The notes under the pieces were generated by a model. The model saw only the letters and a program-made list of their open reading frames with translations, searched no databases and was not told the DNA's origin. Shown piece after piece: positions 38,133 to 46,125 of a stretch of DNA of 64,000 nt (position 1 is its first letter; each line of letters opens with the position of its first letter). Source of the stretch: an uncultured Gammaproteobacteria bacterium (lineage in GTDB: Bacteria; Patescibacteriota; Microgenomatia; CAZETR01; Amesbacteraceae). The stretch covers positions 367,736 through 431,735 of the forward strand of contig CAZIVL010000001.1 in assembly GCA_964543035.1 (NCBI GenBank), written 5' to 3'. The position numbers were made by a program, and so were the translations under genes.

Positions 38133-39496
38133 CTATTTATCCTACCACTGCTGACCACCTTAATTTTTTTCATATTCTTGGGTTCGCGGATAAATCTTTT
38201 CAAGATCTTGTATGTATCCACATCAAATCGCCCAGAATTTTCTATCCACGCCTCTTCCCGGGCCTGGCCCAAGTAGCACCATTTATCAAACACATGCGCC
38301 TCATTATTTTCGTTTATGACGATCGGTCCACCAAACGGCCAATTGGCAATCTTATTTTCAGCGACCGCCATATCAAATCTTAAGTTGTAAAGTATGGGGT
38401 CCTCCTCACCAAGACATGCAGTGCACCGACCCAAATCAGCCTCAAAGCATGTCTTTCGCATCTTCTCGAGGCCAAGGAGCTTTGCGCACAGTCTTTGCTC
38501 CTTACACTTTTGTCTCATCCAGTCGGTGGCTTGACTGCGCGTCTTAAATACACCTACCGTTTTTTCATCCGGTCCCTCGCCTTCAGCAATCCTCATGGTT
38601 TTAAAGCCATTCTTGATTTCCAGTTCTACGAATACCAATTGATAGCTTTGCCTTAACATGCGGTTATGCAGAGGCTGAAGTTTTTTGATAAGCGACGCTT
38701 CTCTCAAAAAAGCTCCCAACTCTCCACTACACACTTCAGTCTCAATACTTGCCACCTCCGAAGACAGTCTCATCTCACGGGCATCGCGAAGCGAGGCAGA
38801 TAGATGAGATAGCACTCGGTCTTTGATATTTATACTTTTGCCCACATACAAAGGCATGCCACTTTCGCCGTAAAATATATAGACACCAGGTTCTGGTGGC
38901 AGTCTGTCTATATCTGATTGGGCTATTTTTTCTGGTGTAGATGGATGCAAAAGTAGGTCCCCCACGGTTTTTTCAAACAGGGTTGCACCCTTTTGTTTCT
39001 TGGCCTTTTTAAAAAAATTCCATATAGCCACTGCGTCGTCCAGAGCTCGATGTCTATTTTTTACCGTCAGGCCAAACCGGGCTGCCACCTCATCCAGATT
39101 ATGTCTATGGTATTCCGGATAGAGATGCCTAGAGAGTCTCACCGTACACAGCTGTCTGACTGTCAGTTTCTTTTGCAGCCTCCCAAACTCAGCTTTTACA
39201 AATCCATAGTCAAATCTGGCATTGTGAGCCACAAATACACAATCAGACATGAGTTCCTCGACCTCGTCTGCTATCTGGCGAAAAGTCGGAGCCCTCTCCA
39301 AGTCGCGTGTGGTGATGCCAGTCATTTGTGATATTTCCGGTGGCAGATATTGGTCTGGGTCCACAAGGCTCTGGTATTTGCTCGTGACTTTATTATTTTC
39401 GACTCGTATTAGTCCGATCTCGATTATCCTGTCCCGGGCACAGTTTCCGCCCGTAGTCTCGACATCAATAAAGGCAAATTTTTCCGGAAGATTCAT
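38120..39496 (-). CDS. fusion of DnaQ-like DEDDh 3'-5' exonuclease and GIY-YIG nuclease (Cho/UvrC-like)
   Basis: 'FAFIDVETTG' Exo I motif and 'FVAHNARFDYGF' Exo II/III; C-terminal 'GVYIFYGESGMPLYVGKS' GIY-YIG. Confidence 0.7.
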   Translation of the reverse strand: MNLPEKFAFIDVETTGGNCARDRIIEIGLIRVENNKVTSKYQSLVDPDQYLPPEISQMTGITTRDLERAPTFRQIADEVEELMSDCVFVAHNARFDYGFVKAEFGRLQKKLTVRQLCTVRLSRHLYPEYHRHNLDEVAARFGLTVKNRHRALDDAVAIWNFFKKAKKQKGATLFEKTVGDLLLHPSTPEKIAQSDIDRLPPEPGVYIFYGESGMPLYVGKSINIKDRVLSHLSASLRDAREMRLSSEVASIETEVCSGELGAFLREASLIKKLQPLHNRMLRQSYQLVFVELEIKNGFKTMRIAEGEGPDEKTVGVFKTRSQATDWMRQKCKEQRLCAKLLGLEKMRKTCFEADLGRCTACLGEEDPILYNLRFDMAVAENKIANWPFGGPIVINENNEAHVFDKWCYLGQAREEAWIENSGRFDVDTYKILKRFIREPKNMKKIKVVSSGRINRWEN

Positions 39497-39523
39497 ATAT
39501 TATTCGGATGATATCATGGTAAC

Positions 39524-40489
39524 ATGCAAAATTTTTGGGCGGCCATTTTGGCTTTTTTTGGACTGGCAAATACTGTCCAATCACCAGCCGGATCCATCCC
39601 GGTTACACCCACTCCTCACCCTTTTAGTATTACAGCTCTTTCGACAAGAACTTACGATTCAGATCTGGTCATCCAGTCCCAGGCTCGTACCACCAGCACT
39701 TTCACATCCCACATAGTCAGCTACGAGTCAGATGGTCTCAAGCAGTATGCACTTCTAAACAAACCGTCAGGTCAAATACCTGCAGGAGGTTGGCCAGTCG
39801 TCATCGTAAACCACGGATACATAGATCCCGATGTCTATTCCACTCCCAATTCGTATATCAACACGTCTGCCTATTTTGCCTCTGCCGGTTTCGTGGTCTT
39901 AAAGCCTGATTATCGGGGTCATGCAAATTCCGAAGGAGAAGCCGGATCTCTTACTTCGCGCATCAACTATGCAGTCGATGTCCTCAATCTGCTGGCGGCA
40001 GTCAAGAAGCAGGGTTACGTAAATGCCAGTCGTATCTATATGTACGGTCACTCCATGGGGGGAGATGTCACCTTGCGTGTCATCGAAGCCTGTCCTGCTT
40101 GTATAAAAGCAGCGAGCCTGTGGGCGCCGGCTGTCACAGATTGGCCAGAATCATTTATGTATTTTGCCAGGAGAAATCCCCAAGATACAGCTCGTATCCA
40201 AAGGCGCGAGAGATTTCAAAAAGATCTAGCAGAATTGTTCAAACCTGAGGATTATTCATCCGTTTCTACACTAGCAAACGTCCCCCTCGTGCAGATCCCA
40301 GTCAACATCCATCACGGGACCAATGACGAATCCGTGCCGTATGAGTGGGGGACCCAGCTCAAAGAAAAGTTAGAGGCGACAGAAAAAACAGTCAATTTTT
40401 ATGCATACCAAAATGCCGATCACGACATTTCCTCCCACTGGTCCACAGCCCTAAACCGCGACATCGAGCTGTTTAGATCTCATCCGTAG
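39524..40489 (+). CDS. secreted alpha/beta hydrolase (S9 peptidase/esterase-like)
   Basis: Signal peptide, 'YGHSMGG' nucleophile elbow and a C-terminal His motif. Confidence 0.55.
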   Translation: MQNFWAAILAFFGLANTVQSPAGSIPVTPTPHPFSITALSTRTYDSDLVIQSQARTTSTFTSHIVSYESDGLKQYALLNKPSGQIPAGGWPVVIVNHGYIDPDVYSTPNSYINTSAYFASAGFVVLKPDYRGHANSEGEAGSLTSRINYAVDVLNLLAAVKKQGYVNASRIYMYGHSMGGDVTLRVIEACPACIKAASLWAPAVTDWPESFMYFARRNPQDTARIQRRERFQKDLAELFKPEDYSSVSTLANVPLVQIPVNIHHGTNDESVPYEWGTQLKEKLEATEKTVNFYAYQNADHDISSHWSTALNRDIELFRSHP

Positions 40490-40838
40490 GCGGTGGTTTC
40501 AATGTTTCAGATCTTGAAGCGTATGCACCCAGAAGTCCGCCCAGCATCATATAGGTGACCAAGGCGGCTCCAATATCATCTCTTTGCAAGAGATACCCCT
40601 CTCTTATGGGTTTGGCAATGCACTCATACGCCAAATACAATCTTGCACACTCAGCCATAAATAGTAAAAACATTTCCAAAAAATCAGCTCTACCTTCGAG
40701 CTCGTGGTGGCCAAGTATTCGAACAGATCTAAAGGGCAAACATGCACCTTCAACAATCTCAGTAATCATCTTCGTCAAAAAAGGCATTATATAAGCTAAA
40801 ATTGCCAAATGCACAATCACGCCCCAGATGGGTATCAA
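40473..40838 (-). CDS. hypothetical membrane protein
   Basis: ORF only; overlaps both neighbours. Confidence 0.2.
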   Translation of the reverse strand: MIPIWGVIVHLAILAYIMPFLTKMITEIVEGACLPFRSVRILGHHELEGRADFLEMFLLFMAECARLYLAYECIAKPIREGYLLQRDDIGAALVTYMMLGGLLGAYASRSETLKPPPTDEI

Positions 40839-41291
40839 TGCGTCTTATGTCTTCCCGCCCAAGGCATCGAGAGTGATGTCACCATGATGAAACAAGCCGA
40901 TATTTTTTACAAAGATGACCTCGTCATTGCAGCCATCAACTCAAAGTTTATGGAGACCAATCCGGGACACATAATAATTTTTCCAGTAGCTCACTATGAA
41001 AATATCTACGATCTCCCAGATGAGGTGAGCGCCAGAGTAGCCCAGCTTGCCAGGCGTGTGGCTATTGCTCTAAAGGAGATCCGCAAATGTGATGGAGTGA
41101 CCACCCAGCAAAACAATGAGCCAGCCAGCGGCCAACATGCTTTTCATTATCACTTCCACATCTTTCCCAGGTGGTCAGGAGACAAACTATATTCAGGCTC
41201 ATCTGTCAGGGTCTCAGATCCTTCTGAGAGGATTCCTTATGCAGAAGCACTCAAGAACTATTTTCAATCAAATTCTCAACCTTCTCTTTAA
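40809..41291 (+). CDS. HIT family (histidine triad) hydrolase
   Basis: 'HAFHYHFHIFPR' HxHxHxx motif and N-terminal 'CVLC'. Confidence 0.7.
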   Translation: MHNHAPDGYQCVLCLPAQGIESDVTMMKQADIFYKDDLVIAAINSKFMETNPGHIIIFPVAHYENIYDLPDEVSARVAQLARRVAIALKEIRKCDGVTTQQNNEPASGQHAFHYHFHIFPRWSGDKLYSGSSVRVSDPSERIPYAEALKNYFQSNSQPSL

Positions 41292-41859
41292 ACCTCTCAA
41301 ATCCCTCAAACAAAAAAGCATTTATACCGACCTCGTGTGCGCCAGATAAAGCCTCAGGAGTATCGTCGGAATAGATTATTTCTTTTGGCCTAACCCCAGA
41401 AAGTTCCACTAGTCTTTCATAAATCCTTTTGTCTGGCTTCATAACCCCTGCTTCATAAGAAAATACGGGCACGTCAAAATGTTTCAAAAAACCAAATTTT
41501 GCATCCAGCTCTCGAACTCTCGTGACAAAGTTGTTAGAACAAATACATGTCTTAAATCCTCGAGTCCTTACACTCAGCAGATACTCGTGCACCTCAGAGT
41601 TCACCTCGTAACTATCACGTAGTAACTTAAATATTTCTTCGTTTCCGATCTCAATTCCTAGAGAGTCTTTTGCAAACTGCCAATACTCTTCTTCACTCAA
41701 CTTCCCAGACTTAAATGCTAGTATCTGTGGACATTTGTACAAAACCCAGTTTACTTGGGTTTCATCACTTACTTTCTTGGGTAAAGAAGCCTTAAATCTC
41801 TTAAAGCTCTCGCCAGTAAAATAAACTCCATCCAGATCAAATGTAATTGCTTTAATCAT
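41251..41859 (-). CDS. HAD-IA family hydrolase
   Basis: 'ITFDLDGV' motif I and a C-terminal 'SDD' motif. Confidence 0.7.
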   Translation of the reverse strand: MIKAITFDLDGVYFTGESFKRFKASLPKKVSDETQVNWVLYKCPQILAFKSGKLSEEEYWQFAKDSLGIEIGNEEIFKLLRDSYEVNSEVHEYLLSVRTRGFKTCICSNNFVTRVRELDAKFGFLKHFDVPVFSYEAGVMKPDKRIYERLVELSGVRPKEIIYSDDTPEALSGAHEVGINAFLFEGFERFKEKVENLIENSS

Positions 41860-41864
41860 TTTTT

Positions 41865-41883
41865 GTGACTCGATCGGGATTTG
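41865..41883. repeat. direct repeat of the tRNA-Glu 3' end (gtgactcgatcgggatttg), followed by a 'gagttacag' block also present in the tRNA
   Basis: 19/19 identical to 41939..41957 with 55 nt between the copies. Confidence 0.6.
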
Positions 41884-41939
41884 CTGTGTAACACGACCGC
41901 TTGCGGTCAGCAGAGTTACAGAGATAATGCTAGTTTTTG

Positions 41940-42013
41940 TGACTCGATCGGGATTTGAACCCGAGTTACAGGGATGAAAGCCCTGTGTCCTGACCAGGCT
42001 AGACGATCGAGCC
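41940..42013 (-). tRNA. tRNA-Glu (anticodon UUC)
   Basis: Reverse complement folds: acceptor GGCTCGA/TCGAGTC (one G-U), anticodon stem CAGGG/CCCTG, loop CTTTCAT, T-arm TCGGG-TTCAAAT-CCCGA. Confidence 0.75.
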
Positions 42014-42057
42014 GAACCCTACTATTTTATCAGTTTCTTTCCTAAACCCAAAAACTC

Positions 42058-42288
42058 TTATCTCCAGCCTTGGATGATACCATCGCTATATCGCCCTGAT
42101 CCTCCACCCATAGATGGCTCATCGTCGTACCAGTCGCCGACAGCACTGATCCTTGAGGACATATATTTGGCCTGAAAAGGCGGTTCAGGCGCAACTTCTT
42201 CTTCCTCTCTTCCAAGTAATTCTCTCAGAGCAGTCACGGTGTTTCCCCAAGCAATTGCAGTTTCAATTGGAAACAAAGCTTCAATCAC
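42058..42288 (-). CDS. hypothetical small acidic protein
   Basis: ORF; its N-terminus 'MIEALFPIE' resembles that of the next ORF. Confidence 0.3.
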   Translation of the reverse strand: MIEALFPIETAIAWGNTVTALRELLGREEEEVAPEPPFQAKYMSSRISAVGDWYDDEPSMGGGSGRYSDGIIQGWR

Positions 42289-42326
42289 AATGTTATTTTA
42301 CCAGTTTCAGACTCTTAATCCAAAAC

Positions 42327-42611
42327 TTATAAACTCCACGAGTTCTGAGTGTAATTCACAACTCGTTTATGTACGGGGGTAATTACACTCAAATGTTTTC
42401 TGCTAGCTTTGTCTTTTACAAAGTCTCCGTTCAGATGCACTAGTATCCATGCAGTATTTCCTTTCGTGTGTCTCACATCACCAAATACAATTCCGTCGCC
42501 ATTATCAAACATTACAAAGTCTCCTTTAACTGCCAGCATTTGGTCTAACTCAGGATCGAGCTCCGGTTCAAATTCTGGTTCAGGTTCTGGACCCCACAGA
42601 CTCTCGATCAT
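42327..42611 (-). CDS. hypothetical small protein with acidic EPEPEFEPELDPELD N-terminal tract and beta-rich C-terminal domain
   Basis: ORF; N-terminus 'MIESLWGPEPEPEFEPE'. Confidence 0.3.
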   Translation of the reverse strand: MIESLWGPEPEPEFEPELDPELDQMLAVKGDFVMFDNGDGIVFGDVRHTKGNTAWILVHLNGDFVKDKASRKHLSVITPVHKRVVNYTQNSWSL

Positions 42612-42649
42612 ATGGACGGAATATACTCGAATGCTGTACAGTAAATCAA

Positions 42650-43231
42650 ATGAGCAAGATTCCCATTATCCTCCTCTTTATCCTCCTCATTTCTGGCATT
42701 TTGGCCGTAGGCTACTTTTGGGTCAGATCTCTTATGAGCCAGAACCCCACTTATGCCCAAAAACTCGATCCCGGCACCTTTGCCTCTAGCTTAAGGCTGG
42801 TGCGCGAAGTGGACCCGGAGACCAAAAAACTCATTAGACAATATTATGTCTTGGATACCCAAAACAATTCTTCTACCGACTTTTTCAACTGCAAATACAC
42901 TCTAGTCTCCAAAGGTGACCAAAAAAAGTACGACGCTTTTTTCAAAGATTTTACCCTCAAAAATTGCAAAGTCTTTACCCAGGTCCAGCCCCATTATGAT
43001 TGCACCCTGACCAACAAGCTCAATGAATGGCTAAATTATGACAAGTCCAGAAATCGTGACAAATTCTTAAGTCACGCAACAGCCACCATCGCCATGTCCC
43101 GCTTTTTTGACAGCCAGACCACGACTGCCAATGCGTATCTTACCCAAAATGCTCTTTCTGACATCTACAGCGTAGACGTCACTTGCAAGCTAAAAAACGG
43201 CCGCGGCGTCTTCCACACTCAGACATTTTAG
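42650..43231 (+). CDS. hypothetical membrane-anchored protein
   Basis: N-terminal TM segment 'IPIILLFILLISGILAVGYFW'. Confidence 0.35.
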   Translation: MSKIPIILLFILLISGILAVGYFWVRSLMSQNPTYAQKLDPGTFASSLRLVREVDPETKKLIRQYYVLDTQNNSSTDFFNCKYTLVSKGDQKKYDAFFKDFTLKNCKVFTQVQPHYDCTLTNKLNEWLNYDKSRNRDKFLSHATATIAMSRFFDSQTTTANAYLTQNALSDIYSVDVTCKLKNGRGVFHTQTF

Positions 43232-43234
43232 TTT

Positions 43235-43960
43235 TTATTTCATGCACCAGACGGAGCCAACTGGGGCCCACTCCGAAACAGCAAATCCGCCGTCAAAAAA
43301 AGCCGAGGCCGAGCCACCATCCAGGTTGATAGCAGTCACTATCCCCACATCCATTTTGTCTGCCTGCTTGAGGACCAGTTCTGGTAGTTCTGATAGCTTT
43401 GGTCCATCCAGAGGGGAGTCGGGGTCATAAAACATCCCAAACAGTAGTTGGTCATCGTCAGTTAGAATTGCCACCGACCTTCGAGACGCCCCGTCATTTT
43501 TTAGACTCAGCCTCACAGGCTGACCTGCTTCCACGAGTACCGGACCAGTTTGCACTCCGTCTCGTACGATTTTTGGGTCCACACTTCGCGAGATACCTAC
43601 ATGACCATCTTGGTTCACGTATACATATCCATTAAAAAGAGGGTTTGGTCTCACATCTTTTATTTTTTTGAGCTCGGACACGACCAGACCCAAAGGATTG
43701 GCCTCAGTATCATAAAAACCCCCATTTATAGCCTTTTTACAGCTATAATTCACAACGAGTTCCCGAAAATCTTGTTTAGCGGAATAGTTGGGGATGAGGC
43801 TCAGTCTATCCGCGTCATGCACTAAAAACCACACAAAGTTCTCCCGTGCGGGAGCAGGGCTAATTGTATTTTCAGACAGCACTGCCGGGTTTGCCCCACC
43901 CAGTATCCAGCCAGTCAGGCTGGCCATGACAAAAGCAGTGATTTTTTGCAAAAACTCCAT
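43235..43960 (-). CDS. phosphodiester glycosidase family protein (NAGPA/DUF2233-like)
   Basis: 'AINGGFYD' and 'AINLDGGSAS' motifs plus an N-terminal signal/anchor. Confidence 0.55.
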   Translation of the reverse strand: MEFLQKITAFVMASLTGWILGGANPAVLSENTISPAPARENFVWFLVHDADRLSLIPNYSAKQDFRELVVNYSCKKAINGGFYDTEANPLGLVVSELKKIKDVRPNPLFNGYVYVNQDGHVGISRSVDPKIVRDGVQTGPVLVEAGQPVRLSLKNDGASRRSVAILTDDDQLLFGMFYDPDSPLDGPKLSELPELVLKQADKMDVGIVTAINLDGGSASAFFDGGFAVSEWAPVGSVWCMK

Positions 43961-43998
43961 GGGCTAAGTATACCCGAATAGTATATAGTGAATCCGCA

Positions 43999-44550
43999 AT
44001 GAGAATTCTTGGGATCGATCCGGGGACAGCTACCACTGGATTTGGAGTAATAGACGTATTAGGGCCTGACAAATACAAGCTTTTGGAGTTTGGATTGGTC
44101 GAGACCTCCAAAGAGCTCCCTCACGGCGAAAGGCTAGATATCATCTACAACAAGATTTCGATAATTGCCAAAAAACATACACCTGACGTCGTCTCTATCG
44201 AGAGATTATTTTTTGCTACCAATGCCGCCACAGCCATAGCAGTCGGCCAAGCCATAGGTGTCATCAAGCTGGCTCTTCATCACCACAGCTTACCCGTCTT
44301 CGATTACACTCCCATGCAGGTCAAATTATATGTAGGAGGCTCTGGCAAAGCAGATAAAAAAGTCATGAAAGCCAAGATCAAAAAGATGTTCAGGATCAAA
44401 GAGACCAAAGGTATGAAGACTCATTTTGACAACAGTGCAGATGGTATTGCCATCGCCATCTGCCACGCGATTAAGATAGACCCCGTTTTATCCGCTCAGG
44501 ATCGTAATAAGCCAAAAAGCGCAAAAAAGCCTGCCAAGAAGTCTTCTTGA
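43999..44550 (+). CDS. ruvC: crossover junction endodeoxyribonuclease RuvC (with Lys-rich C-terminal tail)
   Basis: 'MRILGIDPGTATTGFGVID' and 'IERLFF' RuvC motifs. Confidence 0.85.
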   Translation: MRILGIDPGTATTGFGVIDVLGPDKYKLLEFGLVETSKELPHGERLDIIYNKISIIAKKHTPDVVSIERLFFATNAATAIAVGQAIGVIKLALHHHSLPVFDYTPMQVKLYVGGSGKADKKVMKAKIKKMFRIKETKGMKTHFDNSADGIAIAICHAIKIDPVLSAQDRNKPKSAKKPAKKSS

Positions 44551-44908
44551 GCTCACTTAACACAGCCTCCCCAATTTCATGACTAGTCAGGATATCATCT
44601 TTGGTCAGAAGTATCCTCTCCACCCGACTCATAACCAATTCCACTACTTTTCGTGATTCAGACAGGCTCAGGTCTCGGCTTTCGCTCGCAGCTCTATAGA
44701 TGCCCAGATACAATCTAGCACGATCAAATAATTGTGTCTTGCCAGATTTCTTCAGAACGCGCTTCATAGACAAATCTGGAATTTCAGAGGTTGTAAACAC
44801 TTTCAAGCATTTCAGACATTTTCGTCTTCGCCATACTCCATGCAATCTAAAATTTGGTCTAGAATTGACCACTACTAGCTGAAGAGAACTGCAAAATGGA
44901 CATTCCAT
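44471..44908 (-). CDS. nrdR: transcriptional repressor NrdR
   Basis: 'MECPFCSS...VVNSRP...RRRKCLKCLKVFTTSE' zinc ribbon followed by an ATP-cone. Confidence 0.75.
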   Translation of the reverse strand: MECPFCSSLQLVVVNSRPNFRLHGVWRRRKCLKCLKVFTTSEIPDLSMKRVLKKSGKTQLFDRARLYLGIYRAASESRDLSLSESRKVVELVMSRVERILLTKDDILTSHEIGEAVLSELKKTSWQAFLRFLAYYDPERIKRGLS

Positions 44909-45014
44909 AGCAATATATTGACATAGAACACAAAATATTCAACATTCTTACTCTCAAATAATTGCCAAAAAGGCTAGATCTTGCGATGTACATCCGGCCT
45001 GCTGGCCATGAAAA

Positions 45015-45569
45015 TTGCATCTAATGAGTTGGTTATCAGGAGCAAAAATTACTGGCGAAGTTTTGAAAAAACACATTGTCATAGATCCATTCCATCCTAA
45101 CCAAATAAATCCCAATAGTTACGATTATCGACTCTCGCCAATTCTAAAACGTGTTTTGCCCAACAGTCATCTAGGAGCCACACCTGTCATTGATCCGAGG
45201 GTACTCACCAAATATGAGTCTATTTATATTCCTGATACTGGCTATCTACTTGAGCCACACCAGGCATATTTAGGTAGCACGGTCGAAAAGTTTGGCTCCA
45301 ATAAGTACGCAAGCTTAGTAACGGGCAAGAGTTCGGTCGGAAGACTCTTTATCCAAAATCACTGCTGTGCAGGCCTAATCGATCAAGGGTTCTTTGGCTC
45401 AATTACTCTGGAGATCACAGTTACCCATCCTGTCTTAATATTTCCAGAAATGCGATTTGGTCAGATCTACTGGTACAGAGTATTTGGTGATCCACTGCTC
45501 TATTCAGGTAAATACCAATCCCAATCTGAAGGTCTGGTGAGTCAAATATACAAAGATATTTACAAATGA
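45015..45569 (+). CDS. dcd: dCTP deaminase
   Basis: N-terminus 'ILKKHIVIDPFHPNQINPNSYDYRLS' typical of Dcd/dUTPase-fold enzymes. Confidence 0.75.
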   Translation: MHLMSWLSGAKITGEVLKKHIVIDPFHPNQINPNSYDYRLSPILKRVLPNSHLGATPVIDPRVLTKYESIYIPDTGYLLEPHQAYLGSTVEKFGSNKYASLVTGKSSVGRLFIQNHCCAGLIDQGFFGSITLEITVTHPVLIFPEMRFGQIYWYRVFGDPLLYSGKYQSQSEGLVSQIYKDIYK

Positions 45570-46117
45570 ATAGTGAAAAACCACTAAAAATAAGCTTCTA
45601 TGGCGAGTCAGGTTCTGGCAAAGGTTATGTTGCAGAGCATCTCAAAACAAATCTTGAATTATCTGGAACAAGTTCGGCAACTATAGATATAGCTACGCCC
45701 TTACACCACATTCAAGCAGCAGCTGCACATATTTTCAGATTGCCAGAACGGGGCCAAGATGGAGCCTTACTTCAATTTCTCGCCCACCACTTCGTTTCCC
45801 AAATGGCACGCTATTTCGACGACCAGCTCCATGCTCTCGAGACAGGGTCAAATCCCCCTGATGTGATAATCAATTCTGATTGTCGAAACAATATGTATAG
45901 CAGGCTAAAAGACTACGGTTTTTTATTTTTCCATATAGTTACTCCGCTTGAAGTTCGGATCCAAAGGTTGGCTAGAAGACAAGATATCACGGACTTTGAC
46001 CCAAACGTCTCAGTAAACAAGATTGATTCTATGGTGGCAGATTATGTTTTGATTAGTCCAGTAGATCTCGATGATCTTACCGTTTTGATTCAGGCTCTCG
46101 TAGACAAAAAGGTATAA
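45566..46117 (+). CDS. P-loop NTPase-like protein (putative nucleotide/nucleoside kinase)
   Basis: Atypical Walker A 'YGESGSGKGY'; next to dcd. Confidence 0.3.
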   Translation: MNSEKPLKISFYGESGSGKGYVAEHLKTNLELSGTSSATIDIATPLHHIQAAAAHIFRLPERGQDGALLQFLAHHFVSQMARYFDDQLHALETGSNPPDVIINSDCRNNMYSRLKDYGFLFFHIVTPLEVRIQRLARRQDITDFDPNVSVNKIDSMVADYVLISPVDLDDLTVLIQALVDKKV

Positions 46118-46125
46118 TTTGCGTA

